Both the position numbers and the translations under genes were made by a program. This document shows positions 41,701-56,099 of a stretch of DNA of 64,000 nt, piece by piece. How positions within the stretch are numbered: position 1 is the stretch's first letter; the number at the start of each line of letters is the position of its first letter. The notes beneath the pieces are model-generated. The model ran no database searches. It saw only the letters and a list, made by a program, of their open reading frames with translations, and was not told the DNA's origin. Source of the DNA: Eledone cirrhosa (taxonomy: Eukaryota); assembly GCA_964016885.1 (NCBI GenBank), contig OZ024743.1:356314001-356378000 (forward strand). The letters run 5' to 3'.

Positions 41701-44400
41701 GGGTTAGAGCATAAAGGTTTCTCTGTGGTCAGACAATAGACATAATTGTGGGTTCGAGCATAAAGATTTCTCTCTGGTCAGACGATAGACATAATTGGGG
41801 TTAGAGCATAAAGGTTTCTCTGTGGTCAGACAATAGACATAATTGGGGTTAGAGCATAAAGGTTTCTCTGTGGTCAGACGATAGACATAATTGGGGTTAG
41901 AGCATAAAGGTTTCTCTTTGGTCAGACAATAGACATAATTGGGGTTAGAGCATAAAGGTTTCTCTGTGGTCAGACAATAGACATAATTGGGGTTAGAGCA
42001 TAAAGGTTTCTCTGTGGTCAGACGATAGACATAATTGGGGTTAGAACATAAAGGTTTCTCTGTGGCCAGACGATAGACATAATTGGGGTTAGAGCATAAA
42101 GGTTTCTCTGTGGTCAGACGATAGACATAATTGGGGTTAGAGCATAAAGGTTTCTCTGTGGTCAGACGATAGACATAATTGGGTTTAGAGCATACAGCTT
42201 TCTCTGTGGTCAGACGATAGACATAATTGGGGTTAGAGCATAAAGGTTTCTCTGTGGTCAGACGATAGACATAATTGGGGTTAGAGCATAAAGGTTTCTC
42301 TCTGGTCAGACGATAGACATAATTGGGGTTAGAGCATAAAGGTTTCTCTGTGGTCAGACAATAGACATAATTGGGGTTCGAGCATAAAGATTTCTCTCTG
42401 GTCAGACGATAGACATAATTGGGGTTAGAGCATAAAGGTTTCTCTGTGGTCAGACAATAAACATAATTGGGGTTAGAGCATAAAGGTTTCTCTGTGGTCA
42501 GACGATAGACATAATTGGGGTTAGAGCATAAAGGTTTCTCTGTGGCCAGACAATAGACATAATTGGGGTTAGAGCATAAAGGTTTCTCTGTGGTCAGACG
42601 ATAGACATAATTGGGTTTAGAGCATAAAGGTTTCTCTGTGGTCAGACGATAGACATAATTGGGGTTAGAGCATAAAGGTTTCTCTGTGGTCAGACGATAG
42701 ATATAATTGGGGTTAGAGCATAAAGGTTTCTCTCTGGTCAGACGATAGACATAATTGGGGTTAGAGCATAAAGGTTTCTCTGTGGTCAGACGATAGACAT
42801 AATTGGGGTTAGAGCATAAAGGTTTCTCTGTGGTCAGACAATAGACATAATTGGGGTTAGAGCATAAAGGTTTCTCTGTGGTCAGACAATAGACATAATT
42901 GGGGTTAGAGCATAAAGGTTTCTCTGTGGTCAGACGATAAACATAATTGGGGTCAGAGCATAAAGGTTTCTCTGTGGCCAGACAATAGACATAATTGCGG
43001 TTAGAGCATAAAGGTTTCTCTGTGGTCAGACGATAGACATAATTGGGTTTAGAGCATAAAGGTTTCTCTGTGGTCAGACGATAGACATAATTGGGGTTAG
43101 AGCATAAAGGTTTCTCTGTGGTCAGACGATAGACATAATTGGGGTTAGAGCATAAAGGTTTCTCTGTGGTCAGACGATAGACATAATTGGGGTTAGAGCA
43201 TAAAGGTTTCTCTTTGGTCAGACAATAGACATAATTGGGGTTAGAGCATAAAGGTTTCTCTGTGGTCAGACTATAGACATAATTGGGGTTAGAGCATAAA
43301 GGTTTCTCTGTGGTCAGACGATAGACATAATTGGGTTTAGAGCATACAGCTTTCTCTGTGGTCAGACGATAGACATAATTGGGGTTAGAGCATAAAGGTT
43401 TCTCTGTGGTCAGACGATAGACATAATTGGGGTTAGAGCATAAAGGTTTCTCTCTGGTCAGACGATAGACATAATTGGGGTTAGAGCATAAAGGTTTCTC
43501 TGTGGTCAGACGATAGACATAATTGGGGTTAGAGCATAAAGTTTTCTCTCTGGTCAGACAATAGACATAATTGGGGTTCGAGCATAAAGATTTCTCTCTG
43601 GTCAGACGATAGACATAATTGGGGTTAGAGCATAAAGGTTTCTCTGTGGTCAGACAATAGACATAATTGGGGTTAGAGCATAAAGGTTTCTCTGTGGTCA
43701 GACGATAGACATAATTGGGGTTAGAGCATTAAGGTTTCTCTGTGGTCAGACAATAGACATAATTGGGTTTAGAGCATAAAGGTTTCTCTGTGGTCAGACG
43801 ATAGACATAATTGGGGTTAGAGCATAAAGGTTTCTCTGTGGTCAGACGATAGACATAATTGGGGTTAGAGCATAAAGGTTTCTCTCTGGTCAGACGATAG
43901 ACATAATTGGGGTTAGAGCATAAAGGTTTCTCTGTGGTCAGACGATAGAAATAATTGGGGTCAGAGCATAAAGGTTTCTCTGTGGTCAGACAATAGACAT
44001 AATTGGGGTTAGAGCATAAAGGTTTCTCTGTGGTCAGACAATAGACAGAATTGGGGTTAGAGCATAAAGGTTTCTCTGTGGTCAGACGATAGACATAATT
44101 GGAGTTAGAGCATAAAGGTTTCTCTGTGGCCAGACAATAGACATAATTGGGGTTAGAGCATAAAGGTTTCTCTGTGGTCAGACGATAGACATAATTGGGG
44201 TTAGAGCATAAAGGTTTCTCTGTGGTCAGACAATAGACATAATTGGGGTTAGAGCATAAAGGTTTCTCTGTGGTCAGACAATAGACATAATTGGGGTTAG
44301 AGCATAAAGATTTCTCTGTGGCCAGACAGTAGACATAATTGGGGTTAGAGCATAAAGGTTTCTCTGTGGTCAGACAATAGACATAATTGGGGTTAGAGCA
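38700..44400. repeat. Duplicated segment at a 75-monomer offset (3,601 bp, spanning the 1-bp insertion)
   Basis: Markers at offset 3601 = 75x48+1: CAATAAAC 38859/42460, TTGCGG 39397/42998, GACTAT 39671/43272, AGAAATAATTGGGGTCAG 40349/43950. Confidence 0.88.
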
Positions 44401-47400
44401 TAAAGGTTTCTCTGTGGTCAGACAATAGACATAATTGGGTTTAGAGCATAAAGGTTTCTCTATGGTCAGACGATAGACATAATTGGGGTTAGAGCATAAA
44501 GGTTTCTCTGTGGTCAGACGATAGACATAATTGGGTTTAGAGCATAAAGGTTTCTCTCTGGTCAGACGATAGACATAATTGGGGTTAGAGCATAAAGGTT
44601 TCTCTGTGGTCAGACGATAGACATAATTGGGGTTAGAGCATAAAGGTTTCTCTGTGGTCAGACAATAGACATAATTGGGGTTAGAGCATAAAGGTTTCTC
44701 TGTAGTCAGACAATAGACATAATTGGGGTTAGAGCATAAAGGTTTCTCTGTGGTCAGACGATAGACATAAATGGGGTTAGAGCATAAAGGTTTCTCTGTG
44801 GTCAGACGATAGACATAATTGGGTTTAGAGCATAAAGGTTTCTCTGTGGTCAGACGATAGACATAATTGGGGTTAGAGCATAAAGGTTTCTCTGTGGTCA
44901 GACGATAGACATAATTGGGGTTAGAGCATAAAGGTTTCTCTCTGGTCAGACGATAGACATAATTGGGGTTAGAGCATAAAGGTTTCTCTGTGGTCAGACG
45001 ATAGAAATAATTGGGGTCAGAGCATAAAGGTTTCTCTGTGGTCAGACAATAGACATAATTGGGGTTAGAGCATAAAGGTTTCTCTGTGGTCAGACAATAG
45101 ACAGAATTGGGGTTAGAGCATAAAGGTTTCTCTGTGGTCAGACGATAGACATAATTGGAGTTAGAGCATAAAGGTTTCTCTGTGGCCAGACAATAGACAT
45201 AATTGGGGTTAGAGCATAAAGGTTTCTCTGTGGTCAGACGATAGACATAATTGGGGTTAGAGCATAAAGGTTTCTCTGTGGTCAGACAATAGACATAATT
45301 GGGGTTAGAGCATAAAGGTTTCTCTGTGGTCAGACAATAGACATAATTGGGGTTAGAGCATAAAGATTTCTCTGTGGCCAGACAGTAGACATAATTGGGG
45401 TTAGAGCATAAAGGTTTCTCTGTGGTCAGACAATAGACATAATTGGGGTTAGAGCATAAAGGTTTCTCTGTGGTCAGACAATAGACATAATTGGGGTTAG
45501 AGCATAAAGGTTTCTCTGTGGTCAGACGATAGACATAATTGGGGTTAGAGCATAAAGGTTTCTCTGTGGCCAGACGATAGACATAATTGGGGTTAGAGCA
45601 TAAAGGTTTCTCTGTGGTCAGACAATAGACATAATTGGGGTTAGAGCATAAAGGTTTCTCTGTGGTCAGACGATAGACATAATTGGGTTTAGAGCATAAA
45701 GGTTTCTCTGTGGTCAGACGATAGACATAATTGGGGTTAGAGCATAAAGGTTTCTCTGTGGTCAGACGATAGACATAATTGGGTTTAGAGCATAAAGGTT
45801 TCTCTCTGGTCAGACGATAGACATAATTGGGGTTAGAGCATAAAGGTTTCTCTGTGGTCAGACGATAGACATAATTGGGGTTAGAGCATAAAGGTTTCTC
45901 TGTGGTCAGACAATAGACATAATTGGGGTTAGAGCATAAAGGTTTCTCTGTTGTCAGACAATAGACATAATTGGGGTTAGAGCATAAAGGTTTCTCTGTG
46001 GTCAGACGATAGACATAAATGGGGTTAGAGCATAAAGGTTTCTCTGTGGTCAGACGATAGACATAATTGGGTTTAGAGCATAAAGGTTTCTCTGTGGTCA
46101 GACGATAGACATAATTGGGGTTAGAGCATAAAGGTTTCTCTGTGGTCAGACGATAGACATAATTGGGGTTAGAGCATAAAGGTTTCTCTCTGGTCAGACG
46201 ATAGACATAATTGGGGTTAGAGCATAAAGGTTTCTCTGTGGTCAGACGATAGACATAATTGGGGTTAGAGCATAAAGGTTTCTCTGTGGTCAGACAATAG
46301 ACATAATTGGGGTTAGAGCATAAAGGTTTCTCTGTGGTCAGACAATAGACATAATTGGGGTTAGAGCATAAAGGTTTCTCTGTGGTCAGACGATAGACAT
46401 AATTGGGGTTAGAGCATAAAGGTTTCTCTGTGGCCAGACAATAGACATAATTGGGGTTAGAGCATAAAGGTTTCTCTGTGGTCAGACGATAGACATAATT
46501 GGGGTTAGAGCGTAAAGGTTTCTCTGTGGTCAGACAATAGACATAATTGGGGTTAGAGCATAAAGGTTTCTCTGTGGCCAGACAATAGACATAATTGGGG
46601 TTAGAGCATAAAGGATTCTCTGTGGTCAGACAATAGACATAATTGGGGTTAGAGCATAAAGGTTTCTCTGTGGTCAGACAATAGACATAATTGGGTTTAG
46701 AGCATAAAGGTTTCTCTGTGGTCAGACGATAGACATAATTGGGGTTAGAGCATAAAGGTTTCTCTGTGGTCAGACGATAGACATAATTGGGGTTAGAGCA
46801 TAAAGGTTTCTCTCTGGTCAGACGATAGACATAATTGGGGTTAGAGCATAAAGGTTTCTCTGTGGTCAGACGATAGAAATAATTGGGGTCAGAGCATAAA
46901 GGTTTCTCTGTGGTCAGACAATAGACATAATTGGGGTTAGAGCATAAAGGTTTCTCTGTGGTCAGACAATAGACAGAATTGGGGTTAGAGCATAAAGGTT
47001 TCTCTGTGGTCAGACGATAGACATAATTGGAGTTAGAGCATAAAGGTTTCTCTGTGGCCAGACAATAGACATAATTGGGGTTAGAGCATAAAGGTTTCTC
47101 TGTGGTCAGACGATAGACATAATTGGGGTTAGAGCATAAAGGTTTCTCTGTGGTCAGACAATAGACATAATTGGGGTTAGAGCATAAAGGTTTCTCTGTG
47201 GTCAGACAATAGACATAATTGGGGTTAGAGCATAAAGATTTCTTTGTGGCCAGACAGTAGACATAATTGGGGTTAGAGCATAAAGGTTTCTCTGTGGTCA
47301 GACAATAGACATAATTGGGGTTAGAGCATAAAGGTTTCTCTGTGGTCAGACAATAGACATAATTGGGGTTAGAGCATAAAGGTTTCTCTGTGGTCAGACG

Positions 47401-50400
47401 ATAGACATAATTGGGGTTAGAGCATAAAGGTTTCTCTGTGGCCAGACGATAGACATAATTGGGGTTAGAGCATAAAGGTTTCTCTGTGGTCAGACAATAG
47501 ACATAATTGGGGTTAGAGCATAAAGGTTTCTCTGTGGTCAGACGATAGACATAATTGGGTTTAGAGCATAAAGGTTTCTCTGTGGTCAGACGATAGACAT
47601 AATTGGGGTTAGAGCATAAAGGTTTCTCTGTGGTCAGACGATAGACATAATTGGGTTTAGAGCATAAAGGTTTCTCTCTGGTCAGACGATAGACATAATT
47701 GGGGTTAGAGCATAAAGGTTTCTCTGTGGTCAGACGATAGACATAATTGGGGTTAGAGCATAAAGGTTTCTCTCTGGTCAGACGATAGACATAATTGGGG
47801 TTAGAGCATAAAGGTTTCTCTGTGGTCAGACGATAGACATAATTGGGGTTAGAGCATAAAGGTTTCTCTGTGGTCAGACAATAGACATAATTGGGGTTAG
47901 AGCATAAAGGTTTCTCTGTGGTCAGACAATAGACATAATTGGGGTTAGAGCATAAAGGTTTCTCTGTGGTCAGACGATAGACATAATTGGGGTTAGAGCA
48001 TAAAGGTTTCTCTGTGGCCAGACAATAGACATAATTGGGGTTAGAGCATAAAGGTTTCTCTGTGGTCAGACGATAGACATAATTGGGGTTAGAGCGTAAA
48101 GGTTTCTCTGTGGTCAGACAATAGACATAATTGGGGTTAGAGCATAAAGGTTTCTCTGTGGCCAGACAATAGACATAATTGGGGTTAGAGCATAAAGGAT
48201 TCTCTGTGGTCAGACAATAGACATAATTGGGGTTAGAGCATAAAGGTTTCTCTGTGGTCAGACAATAGACATAATTGGGTTTAGAGCATAAAGGTTTCTC
48301 TGTGGTCAGACGATAGACATAATTGGGGTTAGAGCATAAAGGTTTCTCTGTGGTCAGACGATAGACATAATTGGGGTTAGAGCATAAAGGTTTCTCTCTG
48401 GTCAGACGATAGACATAATTGGGGTTAGAGCATAAAGGTTTCTCTGTGGTCAGACGATAGAAATAATTGGGGTCAGAGCATAAAGGTTTCTCTGTGGTCA
48501 GACAATAGACATAATTGGGGTTAGAGCATAAAGGTTTCTCTGTGGTCAGACAATAGACAGAATTGGGGTTAGAGCATAAAGGTTTCTCTGTGGTCAGACG
48601 ATAGACATAATTGGAGTTAGAGCATAAAGGTTTCTCTGTGGCCAGACAATAGACATAATTGGGGTTAGAGCATAAAGGTTTCTCTGTGGTCAGACGATAG
48701 ACATAATTGGGGTTAGAGCATAAAGGTTTCTCTGTGGTCAGACAATAGACATAATTGGGGTTAGAGCATAAAGGTTTCTCTGTGGTCAGACAATAGACAT
48801 AATTGGGGTTAGAGCATAAAGATTTCTTTGTGGCCAGACAGTAGACATAATTGGGGTTAGAGCATAAAGGTTTCTCTGTGGTCAGACAATAGACATAATT
48901 GGGGTTAGAGCATAAAGGTTTCTCTGTGGTCAGACAATAGACATAATTGGGGTTAGAGCATAAAGGTTTCTCTGTGGTCAGACGATAGACATAATTGGGG
49001 TTAGAGCATAAAGGTTTCTCTGTGGCCAGACGATAGACATAATTGGGGTTAGAGCATAAAGGTTTCTCTGTGGTCAGACAATAGACATAATTGGGGTTAG
49101 AGCATAAAGGTTTCTCTGTGGTCAGACGATAGACATAATTGGGTTTAGAGCATAAAGGTTTCTCTGTGGTCAGACGATAGACATAATTGGGGTTAGAGCA
49201 TAAAGGTTTCTCTGTGGTCAGACGATAGACATAATTGGGTTTAGAGCATAAAGGTTTCTCTCTGGTCAGACGATAGACATAATTGGGGTTAGAGCATAAA
49301 GGTTTCTCTGTGGTCAGACGATAGACATAATTGGGGTTAGAGCATAAAGGTTTCTCTGTGGTCAGACAATAGACATAATTGGGGTTAGAGCATAAAGGTT
49401 TCTCTGTTGTCAGACAATAGACATAATTGGGGTTAGAGCATAACGGTTTCTCTGTGGTCAGACGATAGACATAAATGGGGTTAGAGCATAAAGGTTTCTC
49501 TGTGGTCAGACGATAGACATAATTGGGTTTAGAGCATAAAGGTTTCTCTGTGGTCAGACGATAGACATAATTGGGGTTAGAGCATAAAGGTTTCTCTGTG
49601 GTCAGACGATAGACATAATTGGGGTTAGAGCATAAAGGTTTCTCTCTGGTCAGACGATAGACATAATTGGGGTTAGAGCATAAAGGTTTCTCTGTGGTCA
49701 GACGATAGACATAATTGGGGTTAGAGCATAAAGGTTTCTCTGTGGTCAGACAATAGACATAATTGGGGTTAGAGCATAAAGGTTTCTCTGTGGTCAGACA
49801 ATAGACATAATTGGGGTTAGAGCATAAAGGTTTCTCTGTGGTCAGACGATAGACATAATTGGGGTTAGAGCATAAAGGTTTCTCTGTGGCCAGACAATAG
49901 ACATAATTGGGGTTAGAGCATAAAGGTTTCTCTGTGGTCAGACGATAGACATAATTGGGGTTAGAGCGTAAAGGTTTCTCTGTGGTCAGACAATAGACAT
50001 AATTGGGGTTAGAGCATAAAGGTTTCTCTGTGGCCAGACAATAGACATAATTGGGGTTAGAGCATAAAGGATTCTCTGTGGTCAGACAATAGACATAATT
50101 GGGGTTAGAGCATAAAGGTTTCTCTGTGGTCAGACAATAGACATAATTGGGGTTAGAGCATAAAGGTTTCTCTGTGGTCAGACGATAGACATAATTGGGG
50201 TTAGAGCATAAAGGTTTCTCTGTGGCCAGACGATAGACATAATTGGGGTTAGAGCATAAAGGTTTCTCTGTGGTCAGACGATAGACATAAATGGGGTTAG
50301 AGCATAAAGGTTTCTCTGTGGTCAGACGATAGACATAATTGGGTTTAGATCATAAAGGTTTCTCTGTGGTCAGACGATAGACATAATTGGGGTTAGAGCA

Positions 50401-53400
50401 TAAAGGTTTCTCTGTGGTCAGACGATAGACATAATTGGGGTTAGAGCATAAAGGTTTCTCTCTGGTCAGACGATAGACATAATTGGGGTTAGAGCATAAA
50501 GGTTTCTCTGTGGTCAGACGATAGAAATAATTGGGGTCAGAGCATAAAGGTTTCTCTGTGGTCAGACAATAGACATAATTGGGGTTAGAGCATAAAGGTT
50601 TCTCTGTGGTCAGACAATAGACAGAATTGGGGTTAGAGCATAAAGGTTTCTCTGTGGTCAGACGATAGACATAATTGGAGTTAGAGCATAAAGGTTTCTC
50701 TGTGGCCAGACAATAGACATAATTGGGGTTAGAGCATAAAGGTTTCTCTGTGGTCAGACGATAGACATAATTGGGGTTAGAGCATAAAGGTTTCTCTGTG
50801 GTCAGACAATAGACATAATTGGGGTTAGAGCATAAAGGTTTCTCTGTGGTCAGACAATAGACATAATTGGGGTTAGAGCATAAAGATTTCTCTGTGGCCA
50901 GACAGTAGACATAATTGGGGTTAGAGCATAAAGGTTTCTCTGTGGTCAGACAATAGACATAATTGGGGTTAGAGCATAAAGGTTTCTCTGTGGTCAGACA
51001 ATAGACATAATTGGGGTTAGAGCATAAAGGTTTCTCTGTGGTCAGACGATAGACATAATTGGGGTTAGAGCATAAAGGTTTCTCTGTGGCCAGACGATAG
51101 ACATAATTGGGGTTAGAGCATAAAGGTTTCTCTGTGGTCAGACAATAGACATAATTGGGGTTAGAGCATAAAGGTTTCTCTGTGGTCAGACGATAGACAT
51201 AATTGGGTTTAGAGCATAAAGGTTTCTCTGTGGTCAGACGATAGACATAATTGGGGTTAGAGCATAAAGGTTTCTCTGTGGTCAGACGATAGACATAATT
51301 GGGTTTAGAGCATAAAGGTTTCTCTCTGGTCAGACGATAGACATAATTGGGGTTAGAGCATAAAGGTTTCTCTGTGGTCAGACGATAGACATAATTGGGG
51401 TTAGAGCATAAAGGTTTCTCTGTGGTCAGACAATAGACATAATTGGGGTTAGAGCATAAAGGTTTCTCTGTTGTCAGACAATAGACATAATTGGGGTTAG
51501 AGCATAAAGGTTTCTCTGTGGTCAGACGATAGACATAAATGGGGTTAGAGCATAAAGGTTTCTCTGTGGTCAGACGATAGACATAATTGGGTTTAGAGCA
51601 TAAAGGTTTCTCTGTGGTCAGACGATAGACATAATTGGGGTTAGAGCATAAAGGTTTCTCTGTGGTCAGACGATAGACATAATTGGGGTTAGAGCATAAA
51701 GGTTTCTCTCTGGTCAGACGATAGACATAATTGGGGTTAGAGCATAAAGGTTTCTCTGTGGTCAGACGATAGACATAATTGGGGTTAGAGCATAAAGGTT
51801 TCTCTGTGGTCAGACAATAGACATAATTGGGGTTAGAGCATAAAGGTTTCTCTGTGGTCAGACAATAGACATAATTGGGGTTAGAGCATAAAGGTTTCTC
51901 TGTGGTCAGACGATAGACATAATTGGGGTTAGAGCATAAAGGTTTCTCTGTGGCCAGACAATAGACATAATTGGGGTTAGAGCATAAAGGTTTCTCTGTG
52001 GTCAGACGATAGACATAATTGGGGTTAGAGCGTAAAGGTTTCTCTGTGGTCAGACAATAGACATAATTGGGGTTAGAGCATAAAGGTTTCTCTGTGGCCA
52101 GACAATAGACATAATTGGGGTTAGAGCATAAAGGATTCTCTGTGGTCAGACAATAGACATAATTGGGGTTAGAGCATAAAGGTTTCTCTGTGGTCAGACA
52201 ATAGACATAATTGGGTTTAGAGCATAAAGGTTTCTCTGTGGTCAGACGATAGACATAATTGGGGTTAGAGCATAAAGGTTTCTCTGTGGTCAGACGATAG
52301 ACATAATTGGGGTTAGAGCATAAAGGTTTCTCTCTGGTCAGACGATAGACATAATTGGGGTTAGAGCATAAAGGTTTCTCTGTGGTCAGACGATAGAAAT
52401 AATTGGGGTCAGAGCATAAAGGTTTCTCTGTGGTCAGACAATAGACATAATTGGGGTTAGAGCATAAAGGTTTCTCTGTGGTCAGACAATAGACAGAATT
52501 GGGGTTAGAGCATAAAGGTTTCTCTGTGGTCAGACGATAGACATAATTGGAGTTAGAGCATAAAGGTTTCTCTGTGGCCAGACAATAGACATAATTGGGG
52601 TTAGAGCATAAAGGTTTCTCTGTGGTCAGACGATAGACATAATTGGGGTTAGAGCATAAAGGTTTCTCTGTGGTCAGACAATAGACATAATTGGGGTTAG
52701 AGCATAAAGGTTTCTCTGTGGTCAGACAATAGACATAATTGGGGTTAGAGCATAAAGATTTCTTTGTGGCCAGACAGTAGACATAATTGGGGTTAGAGCA
52801 TAAAGGTTTCTCTGTGGTCAGACAATAGACATAATTGGGGTTAGAGCATAAAGGTTTCTCTGTGGTCAGACAATAGACATAATTGGGGTTAGAGCATAAA
52901 GGTTTCTCTGTGGTAAGACGATAGACATAATTGGGGTTAGAGCATAAAGGTTTCTCTGTGGCCAGACGATAGACATAATTGGGGTTAGAGCATAAAGGTT
53001 TCTCTGTGGTCAGACAATAGACATAATTGGGGTTAGAGCATAAAGGTTTCTCTGTGGTCAGACGATAGACATAATTGGGTTTAGAGCATAAAGGTTTCTC
53101 TGTGGTCAGACGATAGACATAATTGGGGTTAGAGCATAAAGGTTTCTCTGTGGTCAGACGATAGACATAATTGGGTTTAGAGCATAAAGGTTTCTCTCTG
53201 GTCAGACGATAGACATAATTGGGGTTAGAGTATAAAGGTTTCTCTGTGGTCAGACGATAGACATAATTGGGGTTAGAGCATAAAGGTTTCTCTGTGGTCA
53301 GACAATAGACATAATTGGGGTTAGAGCATAAAGGTTTCTCTGTTGTCAGACAATAGACATAATTGGGGTTAGAGCATAAAGGTTTCTCTGTGGTCAGACG

Positions 53401-54200
53401 ATAGACATAAATGGGGTTAGAGCATAAAGGTTTCTCTGTGGTCAGACGATAGACATAATTGGGTTTAGAGCATAAAGGTTTCTCTGTGGTCAGACGATAG
53501 ACATAATTGGGGTTAGAGCATAAAGGTTTCTCTGTGGTCAGACGATAGACATAATTGGGGTTAGAGCATAAAGGTTTCTCTCTGGTCAGACGATAGACAT
53601 AATTGGGGTTAGAGCATAAAGGTTTCTCTGTGGTCAGACGATAGACATAATTGGGGTTAGAGCATAAAGGTTTCTCTGTGGTCAGACAATAGACATAATT
53701 GGGGTTAGAGCATAAAGGTTTCTCTGTGGTCAGACAATAGACATAATTGGGGTTAGAGCATAAAGGTTTCTCTGTGGTCAGACGATAGACATAATTGGGG
53801 TTAGAGCATAAAGGTTTCTCTGTGGCCAGACAATAGACATAATTGGGGTTAGAGCATAAAGGTTTCTCTGTGGTCAGACGATAGACATAATTGGGGTTAG
53901 AGCGTAAAGGTTTCTCTGTGGTCAGACAATAGACATAATTGGGGTTAGAGCATAAAGGTTTCTCTGTGGCCAGACAATAGACATAATTGGGGTTAGAGCA
54001 TAAAGGATTCTCTGTGGTCAGACAATAGACATAATTGGGGTTAGAGCATAAAGGTTTCTCTGTGGTCAGACAATAGACATAATTGGGGTTAGAGCATAAA
54101 GGTTTCTCTGTGGTCAGACGATAGACATAATTGGGGTTAGAGCATAAAGGTTTCTCTGTGGCCAGACGATAGACATAATTGGGGTTAGAGCATAAAGGTT
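43900..54200. repeat. Higher-order repeat region with a ~39-monomer (1,872-bp) unit, length variants and a 115-monomer (5,520-bp) offset match
   Basis: Marker AGAAATAATTGGGGTCAG at 43950, 45006, 46878, 48462, 50526 and 52398 (spacings 22, 39, 33, 43, 39 monomers). TCTTTGTGGCCAGACAGTAG at 47241/52761 (offset 5520). Confidence 0.88.
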
Positions 54201-56099
54201 TCTCTGTGGTCAGACAATAGACATAATTGGGGTTAGAGCATAAAGGTTTCTCTGTGGTCAGACGATAGACATAATTGGGTTTAGAGCATAAAGGTTTCTC
54301 TGTGGTCAGACGATAGACATAATTGGGATTAGAGCATAAAGGTTTCTCTGTGGTCAGACAATAGACATAATTGGGGTTAGAGCATAAAGGTTTCTTTGTG
54401 GTCAGACGATAGACATAATTGGGGTTAGAGCATAAAGGTTTCTCTTTGGTCAGACAATAGACATAATTGGGGTTAGAGCATAAAGGTTTCTCTGTGGTCA
54501 GACAATAGACATAATTGGGGTTAGAGCATAAAGGTTTCTCTGTGGTCAGACGATAGACATAATTGGGGTTAGAACATAAAGGTTTCTCTGTGGCCAGACG
54601 ATAGACATAATTGGGGTTAGAGCATAAAGGTTTCTCTGTGGTCAGACGATAGACATAATTGGGGTTAGAGCATAAAGGTTTCTCTGTGGTCAGACGATAG
54701 ACATAATTGGGTTTAGAACATACAGCTTTCTCTGTGGTCAGACGATAGACATAATTGGGGTTAGAGCATAAAGGTTTCTCTGTGGCCAGACAATAGACAT
54801 AATTGGGGTTAGAGCATAAAGGTTTCTCTGTGGTCAGACGATAGACATAATTGGGTTTAGAGCATAAAGGTTTCTCTGTGGTCAGACGATAGACATAATT
54901 GGGGTTAGAGCATAAAGGTTTCTCTGTGGTCAGACGATAGACATGATTGGGGTTAGAGCATAAAGGTTTCTCTCTGGTCAGACGATAGACATAATTGGGG
55001 TTAGAGCATAAAGGTTTCTCTGTGGTCAGACGATAGACATAATTGGGGTTAGAGCATAAAGGTTTCTCTGTGGTCAGACAATAGACATAATTGGGGTTAG
55101 AGCATAAAGGTTTCTCTGTGGTCAGACAATAGACATAATTGGGGTTAGAGCATAAAGGTTTCTCTGTGGTCAGACGATAGACATAATTGGGGTTAGAGCA
55201 TAAAGGTTTCTCTGTGGCCAGACAATAGACATAATTGGGGTTAGAGCATAAAGGTTTCTCTGTGGTCAGACGATAGACATAATTGGGTTTAGAGCATAAA
55301 GGTTTCTCTGTGGTCAGACGATAGACATAATTGGGGTTAGAGCATAAAGGTTTCTCTCTGGTCAGACGATAGACATAATTGGGGTTAGAGCATAAAGGTT
55401 TCTCTGTGGTCAGACGATAGACATAATTGGGGTTAGAGCATAAAGGTTTCTCTTTGGTCAGACAATAGGCATAATTGGGGTTAGAGCATAAAGGTTTCTC
55501 TGTGGTCAGACAATAGACATAATTGGGGTTAGAGCATAAAGGTTTCTCTGTGGTCAGACGATAGACATAATTGGGGTTAGAGCGTAAAGGTTTCTCTGTG
55601 GTCAGACAATAGACATAATTGGGGTTAGAGCATAAAGGTTTCTCTGTGGCCAGACAATAGACATAATTGGGGTTAGAGCATAAAGGTTTCTCTGTGGTCA
55701 GACAATAGACATAATTGGGGTTAGAGCATAAAGGTTTCTCTGTGGTCAGACAATAGACATAATTGGGGTTAGAGCATAAAGGTTTCTCTGTGGTCAGACG
55801 ATAGACATAATTGGGGTTAGAGCATAAAGGTTTCTCTGTGGCCAGACGATAGACATAATTGGGGTTAGAGCATAAAGGTTTCTCTGTGGTCAGACAATAG
55901 ACATAATTGGGGTTAGAGCATAAAGGTTTCTCTGTGGTCAGACGATAGACATAATTGGGTTTAGAGCATAAAGGTTTCTCTGTGGTCAGACGATAGACAT
56001 AATTGGGGTTAGAGCATAAAGGTTTCTCTGTGGTCAGACAATAGACATAATTGGGGTTAGAGCATAAAGGTTTCTCTGTGGTCAGACGATAGACATAAT

